Shown here: piece by piece, positions 18,836 to 28,148 of the stretch
Numbering within the stretch: the first letter of the stretch is position 1
How the letters are laid out: every line of letters begins with the position of its first letter
Assembly (NCBI GenBank): GCA_035541675.1
Contig: DATKMW010000063.1
Location: forward strand, 1,771 to 65,770
Reading direction: 5' to 3'
Length of the DNA stretch: 64,000 bases
Source of the DNA: Anaeromyxobacter sp.
GTDB lineage: Bacteria > Myxococcota > Myxococcia > Myxococcales > Anaeromyxobacteraceae
Made by a program: the position numbers and the translations under genes
Notes under the pieces: generated by a model
The model's input: only the letters and a program-made list of their open reading frames with translations
Database searches by the model: none
Told to the model about the DNA's origin: nothing

Positions 18836-19147
18836 ATGATGGCAGTGACCCGCGGAGACGGTGAAGCGACGGTCATCCGCGTGGACGGGACCTTCGACCG
18901 CCTCGCCGCCGCCCATCTGGCCAGCCGCCTCGACGAGCTCCCGCCTGCCGCACCATTGGTGATCGACTTCTCGCAGGTCGAGCAGTTCCACGACGTCGGG
19001 GTAGCCGCGGTGGCCAAGGAGATGGCCGACCACCACCGGCTGGTGGTGCGCGGCCTGGCCCGCCACCACCTGCGGCTGCTGCGCTACTGCGGCGTGGAGG
19101 TCGGCACCGCGCGTCCCTCGGTGGACGAGGAGCTGCTCGACGGGTAG
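18836..19147 (+). CDS. Small STAS-domain (anti-anti-sigma-like) protein
   Basis: VIRVDGTFD, LVIDFSQV..F..G, VRGL....RLL..CG follow the STAS pattern. Confidence 0.75.
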   Translation: MMAVTRGDGEATVIRVDGTFDRLAAAHLASRLDELPPAAPLVIDFSQVEQFHDVGVAAVAKEMADHHRLVVRGLARHHLRLLRYCGVEVGTARPSVDEELLDG

Positions 19148-19161
19148 CGGGCCGGATCGGG

Positions 19162-20817
19162 CTAGCTCAGCCGTTCCTTCTCGGTCGACGCGGGGTCGGG
19201 GGGAAGGCCCTCCTCGAGGAGCTGGGCGGCGATGGCGATGGCCTTGCGGATCCGGTCCTTCACCTTCTCGTCGCCCTTGATCTTCTGGTAGGCCTTGAGG
19301 ACCCGCTCCTCGTGCTTGGCGGCCTGGGCCTCGAGCTCGCTCACCCGCTGTCGCAGGTCGGCGGTGCGCGCGTCCATCTCGCCGCGCGCTCCCTCGGCCT
19401 CGTTGCGGGCCACCAGCAGCTCGGTGTTCACCGATCCCAGCTCCCGCTCCAGCTCGTCGATGCGCCCGCGCAGCGCCTCGGCCTGCTCCGCCCGCCGCTC
19501 GGCCTCGGCCTGCCGGGCGCGGAGCGTCTCCAGCTCGTCGGCGGCACGCCGCGCCTCCTCGCGGAGGGCCTTGAGCTCCTGGTCGGCCTTGCGCGCCTGG
19601 TGGCTGACGGCCTCGAGCTTGGCCCGCACCGAGGCCAGGTCGGCCTCCCGCTCGGCGGCGGCGGACTCGGCCGCCTCCGCTCGCTGCATCGCCTCCTCCA
19701 CCCGGCCACGGAGGACCTTGCCCTCGGCGTCGCGGGCCGCTGCGGCCGCGCGCGCATCGGCCAGCTCGCGCTGCAGGCGATCGGCCTGGGCGACGTCGAC
19801 CAGGGCCTCCGCCGGCGAGCGGCCGCCGGGGGCCGGGCCGCGCAGGGCGCTCGAGCCGGCGATCCCGGCCAGGGTGGCGCGGGCCGGGGGAGGGGCAGGA
19901 GGAGCAGGAGCCGCGTGGGCGGCCGGGGCGGGCTCGGCGGGCAGCACCGTCACGCCCGCGGCGCGCAGCGCCTCCAGGCTGGCCCCGCGCACCGCAGGCG
20001 GCTCGGCCGCGGGCGCCGCCGGGGGAGGCGGCGCCGGCTCCGCGGGGGAGGGCAAGTCGGCGCTCTCCAGGCCCGACAGGGCGGCGGCATCGTCGACGTC
20101 CAGGTCGCCCAGGGCGGCGCGGCCGGCGGCCTCGTCCTCGGCCGGCAGGGAGGCGGCGGCGGCCGCGAGCTCCTCGTCCTGCACCGGCCGCTCCGGCTCG
20201 GCCCGGGGCGGTTCGGCCCGGGGCGGCTCGGGTGCGGCGATGCCGTCGAAGGCCTCGTCGAGGAAGGCCAGGTCGTCATCCACGGGAGCCTGGGCGCCTT
20301 CCACGGCGCCGGGAGGCTCGTCGGGGAGCGACTCGAGATCGAGCGAGGGGAGCTCGGCGGCGGGCTCGGCGCCGAGCCCGTCGAGCGCCATGTCCTCCTC
20401 GAGGTGGAGCTCCTCGCCGTCGGCCGCCTCCCCCTGGACCTCGCTGGGGAGGCCGATGGCGGAGAGCTTCTCCAGCAGCGCCGGGGGCGCGAACGGCTTG
20501 AGCAGGTACTCGTCGGCGCGGACCTTGAGCGCCTTGTGCTTCTCGAAGGTGTCGGCGGTGGCCTCGGCGCTGGTCAGCACCAGGGGGATGGCCTTGGTGT
20601 TTTCGTCCTTGCGGAGCTTCTGGCAGACCAGGTAGCCGCTCATGCCCGGGAGCTCGACGCACAGGACGATCCCGTCCGGCCCCCATTCCCGGGCCAGGTC
20701 CAGGCCGCCCTTGCCCTCGGCCGCGGCCCGGACGTCGAAGCCACGGGCCTCCAGCGCCGAGCCGAGCTGGGCGGCGAAGGCGGTGTCGTTCTCGATGAGC
20801 AGGATCTTCTTGGGCAT
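19162..20817 (-). CDS. frzS: FrzS-like pseudo-receiver/coiled-coil protein
   Basis: KKILLIENDTAF..LGSALEARGFDV...PDGIVLCVELP..GYLVC...HKALKVRADEY; acidic/Pro linker; long coiled coil; C-terminal RVLKAYQKIKGDEK..RKAIAIA. Downstream of an ECF/anti-sigma pair, as for M. xanthus frzS (recalled). Confidence 0.75.
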   Translation of the reverse strand: MPKKILLIENDTAFAAQLGSALEARGFDVRAAAEGKGGLDLAREWGPDGIVLCVELPGMSGYLVCQKLRKDENTKAIPLVLTSAEATADTFEKHKALKVRADEYLLKPFAPPALLEKLSAIGLPSEVQGEAADGEELHLEEDMALDGLGAEPAAELPSLDLESLPDEPPGAVEGAQAPVDDDLAFLDEAFDGIAAPEPPRAEPPRAEPERPVQDEELAAAAASLPAEDEAAGRAALGDLDVDDAAALSGLESADLPSPAEPAPPPPAAPAAEPPAVRGASLEALRAAGVTVLPAEPAPAAHAAPAPPAPPPARATLAGIAGSSALRGPAPGGRSPAEALVDVAQADRLQRELADARAAAAARDAEGKVLRGRVEEAMQRAEAAESAAAEREADLASVRAKLEAVSHQARKADQELKALREEARRAADELETLRARQAEAERRAEQAEALRGRIDELERELGSVNTELLVARNEAEGARGEMDARTADLRQRVSELEAQAAKHEERVLKAYQKIKGDEKVKDRIRKAIAIAAQLLEEGLPPDPASTEKERLS

Positions 20818-20884
20818 GGCCGCGATGGACGAGCGCGCCGGAGGCGAGGCCCCGCACGCGAGACGCCCGGAGAAGTCGGACCAA

Positions 20885-20914
20885 ATGTTAACCGTGGGCG
20901 GCCAGAGGTGTCAA
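20885..20914 (-). promoter_or_regulatory. Sigma70 promoter of the frzS-like gene
   Basis: TTGACA-N18-TAACAT on the minus strand. Confidence 0.7.
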
Positions 20915-20954
20915 AAGCGCGGCCGCAGTCGCCGCGGGGTGGTGTGCCCCACAC

Positions 20955-21752
20955 CTACGGCGGCGACGCCTCGCCCTGGGCGGCCCGGACCAGCCGGAAG
21001 AGCGCGTCCTCGTCGAGATCGGACACCAGCGAGTAGACGATCTCGTCCTGGCGCCAGATGGCGACGTTGTAGCCGCGGGCGCTGGCCACCCGCACCACCT
21101 CGCTGCCGACGCGGACGTCGCGCCCGGGGGCGTCGAAGCGACGGCCCGGGTCGTCGACGATGAACAGGCCGGCGTGCCCCCGCGGGAGCTGGTAGCGCAC
21201 GTAGGCGGCGGGCCACTCGCGCAGGTTGGAGAGCCGCGCCCCCTCGACCCGGGCCACGCCACCGCCGAAGTGGGGCAGCGAGGGGTGGAAGTCGAGCTTG
21301 CCGGCGAACCAGCCGGGCATGGCGGCCGCGTCCACCTCCAGCGGCAGGCCCCGGTGGTGGTTGCGGATGGCGTCCTCGAGCAGATCCGGGTTGCCGGAGT
21401 GGGAGGCGAGCACCACCAACACCCCGGCAGCGCAGGCCGCCAGCGTGGCCACGGGCAGGGGGGAGACGGCGCGCCGCCAGAGGGGGCGGCGCTCCCGGGC
21501 CAGCGAGCGCCCCAGCCGCTCGCGCAGCGCGGCCGGGGCCGGCGCGGCCATGGCCTCGCGCAGCCGGGCGCGGATCGAGCTGCGGACGCGCGCTTGCCCG
21601 TCGATCATGGCCCGGCAAGGTGGGCAGGCGGCCAGGTGCGCCTCCGCCTCGGCCCGCTCGCGCTCGTCGAACTCCCCGTCGAGGAAGGCATCGACGGAGC
21701 GCTCGAGCTCCCGGCAGTCCATCTCCTCGGTGAGCGTGGGTTCGAACGACAT
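20955..21752 (-). CDS. Zinc-binding (ZAS) transmembrane anti-sigma factor
   Basis: C.E....DAFLDGE...HLAACPPC (HxxxCxxC); one TM segment; periplasmic domain; SD ggag. Confidence 0.85.
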   Translation of the reverse strand: MSFEPTLTEEMDCRELERSVDAFLDGEFDERERAEAEAHLAACPPCRAMIDGQARVRSSIRARLREAMAAPAPAALRERLGRSLARERRPLWRRAVSPLPVATLAACAAGVLVVLASHSGNPDLLEDAIRNHHRGLPLEVDAAAMPGWFAGKLDFHPSLPHFGGGVARVEGARLSNLREWPAAYVRYQLPRGHAGLFIVDDPGRRFDAPGRDVRVGSEVVRVASARGYNVAIWRQDEIVYSLVSDLDEDALFRLVRAAQGEASPP

Positions 21753-21772
21753 CGTCTCCACCCGTCGGCCGC

Positions 21773-22411
21773 TCAGGCCGACTTGCCGCGACGCTTCCTG
21801 TAGGACTCCAGATCGATGCTCTCCCCATCGCCCGGGTCCGCCAGCACGCCCGAGACCACCGCGTAGCTGGCCAGCGCCTTCTGCAGCAGGCGCCGGCCGC
21901 GGTACAACCGGCTCATCACCGTGCCCACCGGCACGTCCAGGATCTCGGCGATCTCCTTGTAGGAGAACTCCTGCAGGTCGGCCAGGATGACCACCATGCG
22001 GAAGTCCACCGGCAGAGAGTCCACCGCCCGCAGCACGTCGTCGGAGAGCAGCCGGTCGAAGAAGTACTGCTCCGGGTTGGAGGCGTACTCGGCCGCATCC
22101 CGCGACACGAACCGCTCGTGGACCACGTCGCGCTCGGTGCCCTCGACGATGTTGCGCTCCTTCACCGACCGTCGATACCGATTGATGAAGGTGTTGGTGA
22201 GGATCTTGAACAGCCAGGCCTTCATGTTGGTGCCGCGCTCGAACTTCTCGAAGAAGCGGTAGGCCCGCAGGAAGGTGTCCTGGACCAGGTCCTCGGCGTC
22301 GCGGTCGTTCTTGGTGAGCCGGAGCGCCGCCGAGTAGAGCGGGTCGAGGTGCTTGAGCGCGAGCTCCTGGAACTCGTCGCGGGTCAGGTCTGTCTGCCGA
22401 AGGTCGAACAT
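21773..22411 (-). CDS. ECF RNA polymerase sigma factor (SigH/SigR-like; RpoE1-like)
   Basis: [53 protein letters not shown]. Confidence 0.93.
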   Translation of the reverse strand: MFDLRQTDLTRDEFQELALKHLDPLYSAALRLTKNDRDAEDLVQDTFLRAYRFFEKFERGTNMKAWLFKILTNTFINRYRRSVKERNIVEGTERDVVHERFVSRDAAEYASNPEQYFFDRLLSDDVLRAVDSLPVDFRMVVILADLQEFSYKEIAEILDVPVGTVMSRLYRGRRLLQKALASYAVVSGVLADPGDGESIDLESYRKRRGKSA

Positions 22412-22484
22412 CCTTGCGTCCGCTCTCCTTCACTGCGACCGTCTCGGACCCGCGGGCAACGAACCCTCTTTGGTTTCGGGAGGG

Positions 22485-22512
22485 TAACGGCCCGGTGCCC
22501 CTCGAGATTCCC
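22485..22512 (-). promoter_or_regulatory. Autoregulatory ECF promoter candidate
   Basis: GGGAAT-ctcgaggggcaccgggc-CGTTA, i.e. GGAAT-N18-GTT, the SigR/SigH consensus. Confidence 0.65.
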
Positions 22513-22706
22513 GCCGGGCGGGGCCGCGCCCGGCCGCCCGCCTCGCCACCGGGAAAACACCCGTCAATCTAACAACATTGGGGAATACCGCCCATCGACG
22601 GCAGCGGGTGCGGCAATGTGTCACACCACCCGATCCGCGGCAAGGAGGGGCGCCTGCGCGGCCCGCGGACGGCCCGGGCGCACCGTGCTAAGACCCGGCG
22701 GGATCG

Positions 22707-24029
22707 ATGCCCCTGCGCCTCCTCTTCGCCGACGACCGGGGAAGGGTCTACGACCACCCCACGCTCCTGGCCGCGGCCCGCAGCGGCGACGCCCTCCTGC
22801 GCCCCCGCGGGCGGGCGCTCCCCCTGCCTCGGGGCGGGGCGCTCTGCCGGCTCCCCGGCCGGCGCCCGGTGGGGATCGATCCCGGAACCGGCGCCCTCAC
22901 CGTCCTGCACGAGGTCCGGGTGGGGAGGCGCAGGCTGGTCCCGGACGCGGTGGGGGCGACGCTGCCGCCCGGGTACACGCGGACGCTGCTCCCGGCCGCG
23001 GGCCGGCCCCTGTTGGCCACGCTGGGCGCCGCCCCGGTCCTGCCCCAGTGGGCCTACACCGCCGCGGGCTGGGCCGAGGACGGGCCAGCGGTCCACGCGT
23101 TGCGCACCGATCGCCGCCGGCACTGGGACCCCACCACCCACTCCACCCCCGACCTGCGCCGGCGGGTGGAAGGGCTGGTCGCCACCGGGAACCCCATCTA
23201 CCGGCAGCTGGCCCGCTGCGCCCTGGAGTGGCGCTGCTTCACCGCCCAGAACACCTTCTACCGGAGGGACGAGGGCGCCATCCCCTCCTCGGCGGCCTGC
23301 AACGCGGCCTGCGTCGGCTGCCTCTCCGAGGCCGACCCGGGCCTGCCGCCCGCCTCGCACGAGCGGATCGAGCGCGCCCCCGGCGCCGAGGAGATGGCCG
23401 ACCTGGCGGTGCGCCACCTCGAGACGGCGTCGGGGCGGGTGATGGTCAGCTTCGGCCAGGGGTGCGAGGGCGAGCCGCTGCTGCGCTCCAAGGAGATCGC
23501 GCGGGCCATCCGGCTCATCCGGGCCCGCACCCGGCGCGGCTCCATCCACGTGAACACCAACGGCTCGCTGCCCTGGGCGCTCGCGGAGCTGGTCGCAGCC
23601 GGCCTCGACTCGGTGCGCATCTCGCTGAACAGCGCCTCGCCCGACCTGTACGCCGCCTACTACCGCCCCCGTGGCTACGGCCTGCCCGAGGTGATCGGCT
23701 CCCTCGGCCTGGCCCGCCGCCGCGGGGTCTACCTGGCCCTGAACCTGCTCACCTTCCCGGGGGTCACCGACCGGGCCGGCGAGGTGGAGCGGCTGTGCGC
23801 CCTGGTGGGTCGGGCCGGCGTGGACCAGGTGCAGACCCGGCCCCTGGCCATCGACCCCGACCTCTACATGTCGCTCGCCCGGGAGCGCGGCGCGGGCGGA
23901 GAGCCCATGGGCATCCCCGCGCTGGTCCGGGCGCTGCGGCGCGCACGGCCTGGGCTCGTGGTCGGGAACTTCTCGCGGGCGCGGGGCGAGCGGAGGGGGC
24001 GGGATCCTGGGGCGGGGAGGGAAGGGTGA
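22707..24029 (+). CDS. Radical SAM protein of unknown function
   Basis: CNAACVGC (CxxxCxxC), SFGQGCEGEPLL, VNTNGS, RISLNS. Confidence 0.88.
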   Translation: MPLRLLFADDRGRVYDHPTLLAAARSGDALLRPRGRALPLPRGGALCRLPGRRPVGIDPGTGALTVLHEVRVGRRRLVPDAVGATLPPGYTRTLLPAAGRPLLATLGAAPVLPQWAYTAAGWAEDGPAVHALRTDRRRHWDPTTHSTPDLRRRVEGLVATGNPIYRQLARCALEWRCFTAQNTFYRRDEGAIPSSAACNAACVGCLSEADPGLPPASHERIERAPGAEEMADLAVRHLETASGRVMVSFGQGCEGEPLLRSKEIARAIRLIRARTRRGSIHVNTNGSLPWALAELVAAGLDSVRISLNSASPDLYAAYYRPRGYGLPEVIGSLGLARRRGVYLALNLLTFPGVTDRAGEVERLCALVGRAGVDQVQTRPLAIDPDLYMSLARERGAGGEPMGIPALVRALRRARPGLVVGNFSRARGERRGRDPGAGREG

Positions 24030-25237
24030 GGCCGGGCGTGGAGGCGGAGCTCCCCCTCCGCAAGGACCTGGCCCGCCACCTCCGCGCCGGGCACCCCTGG
24101 GTGTTCCGGCGGGCGGTGGAGAAGGCTCCCTCCCGGCTCCCGGCCGGCGCCATCGTCGACGTCACCGAGGACGGACGCTTCGTGGCCCGCGGCTACTTCG
24201 ACCCGCTCTCGGCCATCTCCGTCCGGATCCTGACCCGCGAGCCGGCCGAGGCCATCGACCCCGCCTTCTGGCGCCGGCGGTTGGCGCGCGCCCTGGCGCT
24301 TCGCAGGGAGCTGGTGGCCGGCACGAGCGCCATGCGGCTCGTCCACGGGGAGGGCGACGGGCTGCCCGGCGTGGTGGTCGACCGCTACGACCGCTTCGCG
24401 GTGCTGAAGCTCTACTCGGCAGGCCTCACGCCCCACCGGACGGCCATCGTGGAGGCGGTGCGCGCCGAGGCGGAGGGGCTGGCCGGCGTGTTCGGGCGGG
24501 ACGAGGTGGGCCGGGACGACGACGAGGAGGGCGGGGAGGCGCCGGGGACCGGGCGGGTGCTGTGGGGGGCGGAGCCGCCCGAGCGGATCGCCGTGGACGA
24601 GCACGGGATGGCGCTGCTCGTGGACGTCCGCCGCGGCCAGAAGACCGGCCACTTCCTCGATCAGCGCGAGAACCGCCTCATGGTCCGCACCCTGGCCCGG
24701 GGCCGGGCCGAGGCGCTGAACCTCTTCGGCTATACCGGGGGCTTCTCGGTGGCGGCGGCCCTGGGCGGCGTGCGCCACGTGGTGACGGTGGACGTGGACC
24801 GGGACGCCATCGCCCTGGCCCGCGAGAACTTCCGGGCCAACGGCAAGGACCCGGCCGACCACGACTTCGCCGCCGAGGACTGCTTCGACCTGCTGGCGCG
24901 CTACCGCAAGGAGGGAAGGCGCTTCGACCTGGTGGTCTGCGACCCGCCCGCCTTCGCCAAGTCGCAGCGGGCGGTGGAGGGGGCCCTGGCCGGCTACGCC
25001 TCGCTCAACCGCGCCGCGCTCGCCGTGCTCGCGCCCGGCGGGCTCCTGGTGACGGCCAGCTGCTCGGCCCGCGTCTCGGCGGAGCAGTTCTCCGACGCCG
25101 TGAAGGAGGCGGCCTTCAAGGCCCGGGTGGACCTGTCGCTGGTCGCCGAGACCCGGCAGCCGCCCGACCACCCCGTGTCGCTGCAGTTCAGGGAGGGGCG
25201 CTACCTCAAGTGCCTGGTGCTGAGGCGGGTCGGCTGA
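24026..25237 (+). CDS. RlmI/RlmK-like class I SAM-dependent rRNA methyltransferase (23S m5C1962 type)
   Basis: GTGA overlap with upstream stop; PUA-like GHPWVF; RLVHGEGDGLPGVVVDRY; GQKTGHFLDQRENR; LNLFGYTGGF; DPPAF; ASCS; YLK. Confidence 0.85.
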   Translation: MRPGVEAELPLRKDLARHLRAGHPWVFRRAVEKAPSRLPAGAIVDVTEDGRFVARGYFDPLSAISVRILTREPAEAIDPAFWRRRLARALALRRELVAGTSAMRLVHGEGDGLPGVVVDRYDRFAVLKLYSAGLTPHRTAIVEAVRAEAEGLAGVFGRDEVGRDDDEEGGEAPGTGRVLWGAEPPERIAVDEHGMALLVDVRRGQKTGHFLDQRENRLMVRTLARGRAEALNLFGYTGGFSVAAALGGVRHVVTVDVDRDAIALARENFRANGKDPADHDFAAEDCFDLLARYRKEGRRFDLVVCDPPAFAKSQRAVEGALAGYASLNRAALAVLAPGGLLVTASCSARVSAEQFSDAVKEAAFKARVDLSLVAETRQPPDHPVSLQFREGRYLKCLVLRRVG

Positions 25238-25256
25238 CGCGCCGGGGGCGCCGGCC

Positions 25257-25793
25257 CTAGATGGCGTCCCCCGGCCCCGGCGGCCGCTCGTCTCCGCAGC
25301 CTTCCATCGTGCTCTCCACGACCTCCTGCAGCCGCCCCTGCCGGTGGGCCTCGACCAGGGAGTCGAGCTCCTCCCAGCGCGCGCCGGGATCGGCCCGCAG
25401 GAGCGCCGCGTAGGCGCGGAGCGTGCTCTCCAGCCCCGCGGTCTGCACCGCCACCCAGTCGTCCTTCTTGTGCGGGTTCTCGATCATGAAGGCGGTCATG
25501 CCGAACATCGCCTGGGCGTAGAGCTCCTTGCCGTGCCGGCTGCCGTCGTCCTGCACCAGGGCGTCGAGGGGCCCGGCGCAGCCGCGGACGTTGATGTCCG
25601 GGATCTCCACGATCCACTTGAGGAGCCACATGCGCGCGGAGCTGGCGCCCGGGGCGAGGGGGTTCTGCTCCAGTTCGCGAGTGGTTGCGACGGCCTTCTT
25701 CCGCTCCGCCGGGGTCGAGGGGCCGCGCGCGGCGGCGAGGGCGGGCGAGGTGGCGAGCGCGAGGGCGAGGGTTCCGGCGGCGAGGCGGTTCAA
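25257..25793 (-). CDS. Hypothetical secreted protein
   Basis: TTG start with strong SD aggagg; signal peptide NRLAAGTLALALATSPALA; typical codon usage. Confidence 0.72.
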   Translation of the reverse strand: MNRLAAGTLALALATSPALAAARGPSTPAERKKAVATTRELEQNPLAPGASSARMWLLKWIVEIPDINVRGCAGPLDALVQDDGSRHGKELYAQAMFGMTAFMIENPHKKDDWVAVQTAGLESTLRAYAALLRADPGARWEELDSLVEAHRQGRLQEVVESTMEGCGDERPPGPGDAI

Positions 25794-25884
25794 GGCGATC
25801 CTCCTGTGCAAGGCCGATCCTAACCGCGGCCACCCCGGGACGGCCAACGGTCGGGCCACCCCTATCAGGTCTCCTCGGCAGGGC

Positions 25885-26811
25885 CTACATCGCGCCTGCC
25901 ACCAGCATCCCGCAAAGGAGCAGGAATCCGGCGAGGGCGGCGAGCGCCATCCAGCGCGGGACCAGCCAGGGCCGGAACCGCACCGAGGGGTCGGCGGGGT
26001 CACGGCGAGGGGGTGGCCTGGGCCACGGCGGCGGCCCCGGCGTGAGCCGGTGGAGCCCGAGCGCAAGCAGGGCCACGGAGGAGCCGCCGACCAGGAGCTG
26101 CGCGAGCGCCTGCCCGGCGGTGGGCGGGACCGGTGCCATGGCAGCCGGCGGCGCGGCCAGGGCCACGGCCGCGGCGAGGAGGTTGTTGGCGGCGTGGGCG
26201 GCCACGGCCGGCCAGACCGATCCGCTCCGCCAGGCGATGAAGCCGAAGAGGGCGCCCAGGGCGACCAGGGCGGGGAAGCGGACCGGGTCGAGGTGCCGGG
26301 CGGCGAAGAGGACCGCCGCCAGGGCGATGGCCGCCGCTGGGCGCCGGCGCAGCCCCAGGGTTCGCAGAAGGTAGCCGCGGAAGGCGATCTCCTCGCACAG
26401 CGGGGCCAGCAGGACCGCCAGGGCGGTGACCAGGGCGCGGGAGAGGGGCGGCCCCTCGAAGATGCGGGCCACGTCGGGGAACCCCTCCAGCATCCGGCGG
26501 GGGATGGCCAGCACCCACAGTGACATGACCCCCTCGGCGGCCACGAACCCCGCTGCGCCGAGGAGCGCGCCCAGCAGGAGAGCCGGCATCCGGGGCCGGA
26601 CCAGGCCCAGCCAGGGGAGGACGAGGAGGTTCGAACCTGCGGTGGCCCACAGCGCCGGCAGGAGGATGGCGAAGAGCTCGCTCCAGGCGAGCCCCGTGCG
26701 CGGGCTGGAGATCTGCGCCGCCAGGTCGGGGAGGACCAGGGCGAAGAGCACGGCGGCGAAGGCCAGTGCGCTCTTGGCGAGCGGCGCGGGCGAGCCTTCC
26801 GGCTGCTCCAT
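25885..26811 (-). CDS. CPBP/Abi family intramembrane glutamic metalloprotease (alternative TTG start at 26829)
   Basis: APLCEEIAFRG (EExxxR), FAARH, HAANN; multiple TM segments. Confidence 0.85.
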   Translation of the reverse strand: MEQPEGSPAPLAKSALAFAAVLFALVLPDLAAQISSPRTGLAWSELFAILLPALWATAGSNLLVLPWLGLVRPRMPALLLGALLGAAGFVAAEGVMSLWVLAIPRRMLEGFPDVARIFEGPPLSRALVTALAVLLAPLCEEIAFRGYLLRTLGLRRRPAAAIALAAVLFAARHLDPVRFPALVALGALFGFIAWRSGSVWPAVAAHAANNLLAAAVALAAPPAAMAPVPPTAGQALAQLLVGGSSVALLALGLHRLTPGPPPWPRPPPRRDPADPSVRFRPWLVPRWMALAALAGFLLLCGMLVAGAM

Positions 26812-26912
26812 GGGGATACCGGGCTCCAAGCGCGCAGATGATAGCGGGGGCCTGGCCCGGGCAGGGAGGGCGCGGCGATGCGCCGGCGGGGGCGGGCCCG
26901 GCGGCGGGGGGG

Positions 26913-26918
26913 TAAGAT
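26913..26918 (+). promoter_or_regulatory. -10 element of leaderless coaBC
   Basis: TAAGAT 6 nt before ATG; no SD and no clear -35. Confidence 0.5.
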
Positions 26919-26924
26919 GCGGTC

Positions 26925-28148
26925 ATGGACTTCCGGAACCAGACGGTGGTGCTGGGCGTCGGGGGAGGGATCGCCGCCTACAAGGCCTGCGAGCTGGCTC
27001 GCCTGGTGGTGAAGGGCGGCGGGCGGGTTCGAGTGGCCATGACCGCGGCCGCCACCCGCTTCGTGACCCCGCTCACCTTCCAGGCGCTCACCGGGGCGCC
27101 GGTGCTGGTCGACCTCCTCGACCCCGCCGCCGAGTCCACCTACGGCCACCTGGCCATGGCCCGCCTGGCCGACCTGGTGGTGGTCGCGCCCGCCACCGCC
27201 GACCTGCTGGCCCGGCTGCGGGCCGGGATGGCCGACGACGCAGTGACCACCACGGTGCTCGCCGCCACCTGCCCGGTGCTGCTCGCCCCGGCCATGAACA
27301 CCCGCATGTGGCGGAACCCGGTCACCCAGGAGAACGTCGCGGCGCTGCGGGGGAGGGGCATGCAGCTGTGCGGGCCGGCAGCCGGCGAGCTGGCCGACGG
27401 GGACGTGGGCGAGGGCCGCCTGGCCGAGCCCGCCGACATCGCCCTGGCGGCGGCGCGCCTGCTGGGGCGGCAGGATCTGGCCGGGCGCCGCGTGCTCGTC
27501 ACCGCCGGGCCCACCCGCGAGCCCATCGACCCGGTGCGGTTCCTGTCCAACCCCTCCTCCGGCAAGATGGGCTACGCGCTGGCCCGGGTCGCGGCCCGCC
27601 GTGGCGCCGAGGTGGTGCTGGTGTCGGGCCCCACCGAGCTCCCCGACCCCGAGGGCGTGCGGGTGATCCGCGTCGTCACCGCCGAGGAGATGGCCGGGGC
27701 GGTGGGCGCGGAGGCGGCGGCCATGGACCTGTTCGTGGGGGCGGCGGCCGTGTCCGACTACCGCCCGGCCCGCCCCGCTCCCCAGAAGATCCGCAAGGGG
27801 CCCGGCGACGAGACCCTGGTCCTGGCGCGGACGCCCGACATCCTCGCCGGGCTGGGGGAGCGGTTCGCCGGCAAGGCCGGAGGCCCGGTGCTGGTGGGGT
27901 TCGCGGCCGAGACCGAGGAGGTCATCGCTCGCGCCCGTGAGAAGCTGCGCCGGAAGCGGTGCGACCTGGTGGTGGCCAACAAGGTGGGCGCGCCCGGGGC
28001 CGGCTTCGGCGGAGACTCGAACCGCGTGGCGCTGGTCTCGGCCTCCGAGCTGGCGGAGATCGAGGGGCCCAAGGAGAAGGTGGCCGAGGCCATCCTCGAC
28101 TGGATCCTGCCGGTGCTCGACGCCCGGCGGCCGGCGAGGCCGCGCTAG
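26925..28148 (+). CDS. coaBC: Phosphopantothenoylcysteine decarboxylase/ligase
   Basis: [61 protein letters not shown]. Confidence 0.96.
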   Translation: MDFRNQTVVLGVGGGIAAYKACELARLVVKGGGRVRVAMTAAATRFVTPLTFQALTGAPVLVDLLDPAAESTYGHLAMARLADLVVVAPATADLLARLRAGMADDAVTTTVLAATCPVLLAPAMNTRMWRNPVTQENVAALRGRGMQLCGPAAGELADGDVGEGRLAEPADIALAAARLLGRQDLAGRRVLVTAGPTREPIDPVRFLSNPSSGKMGYALARVAARRGAEVVLVSGPTELPDPEGVRVIRVVTAEEMAGAVGAEAAAMDLFVGAAAVSDYRPARPAPQKIRKGPGDETLVLARTPDILAGLGERFAGKAGGPVLVGFAAETEEVIARAREKLRRKRCDLVVANKVGAPGAGFGGDSNRVALVSASELAEIEGPKEKVAEAILDWILPVLDARRPARPR

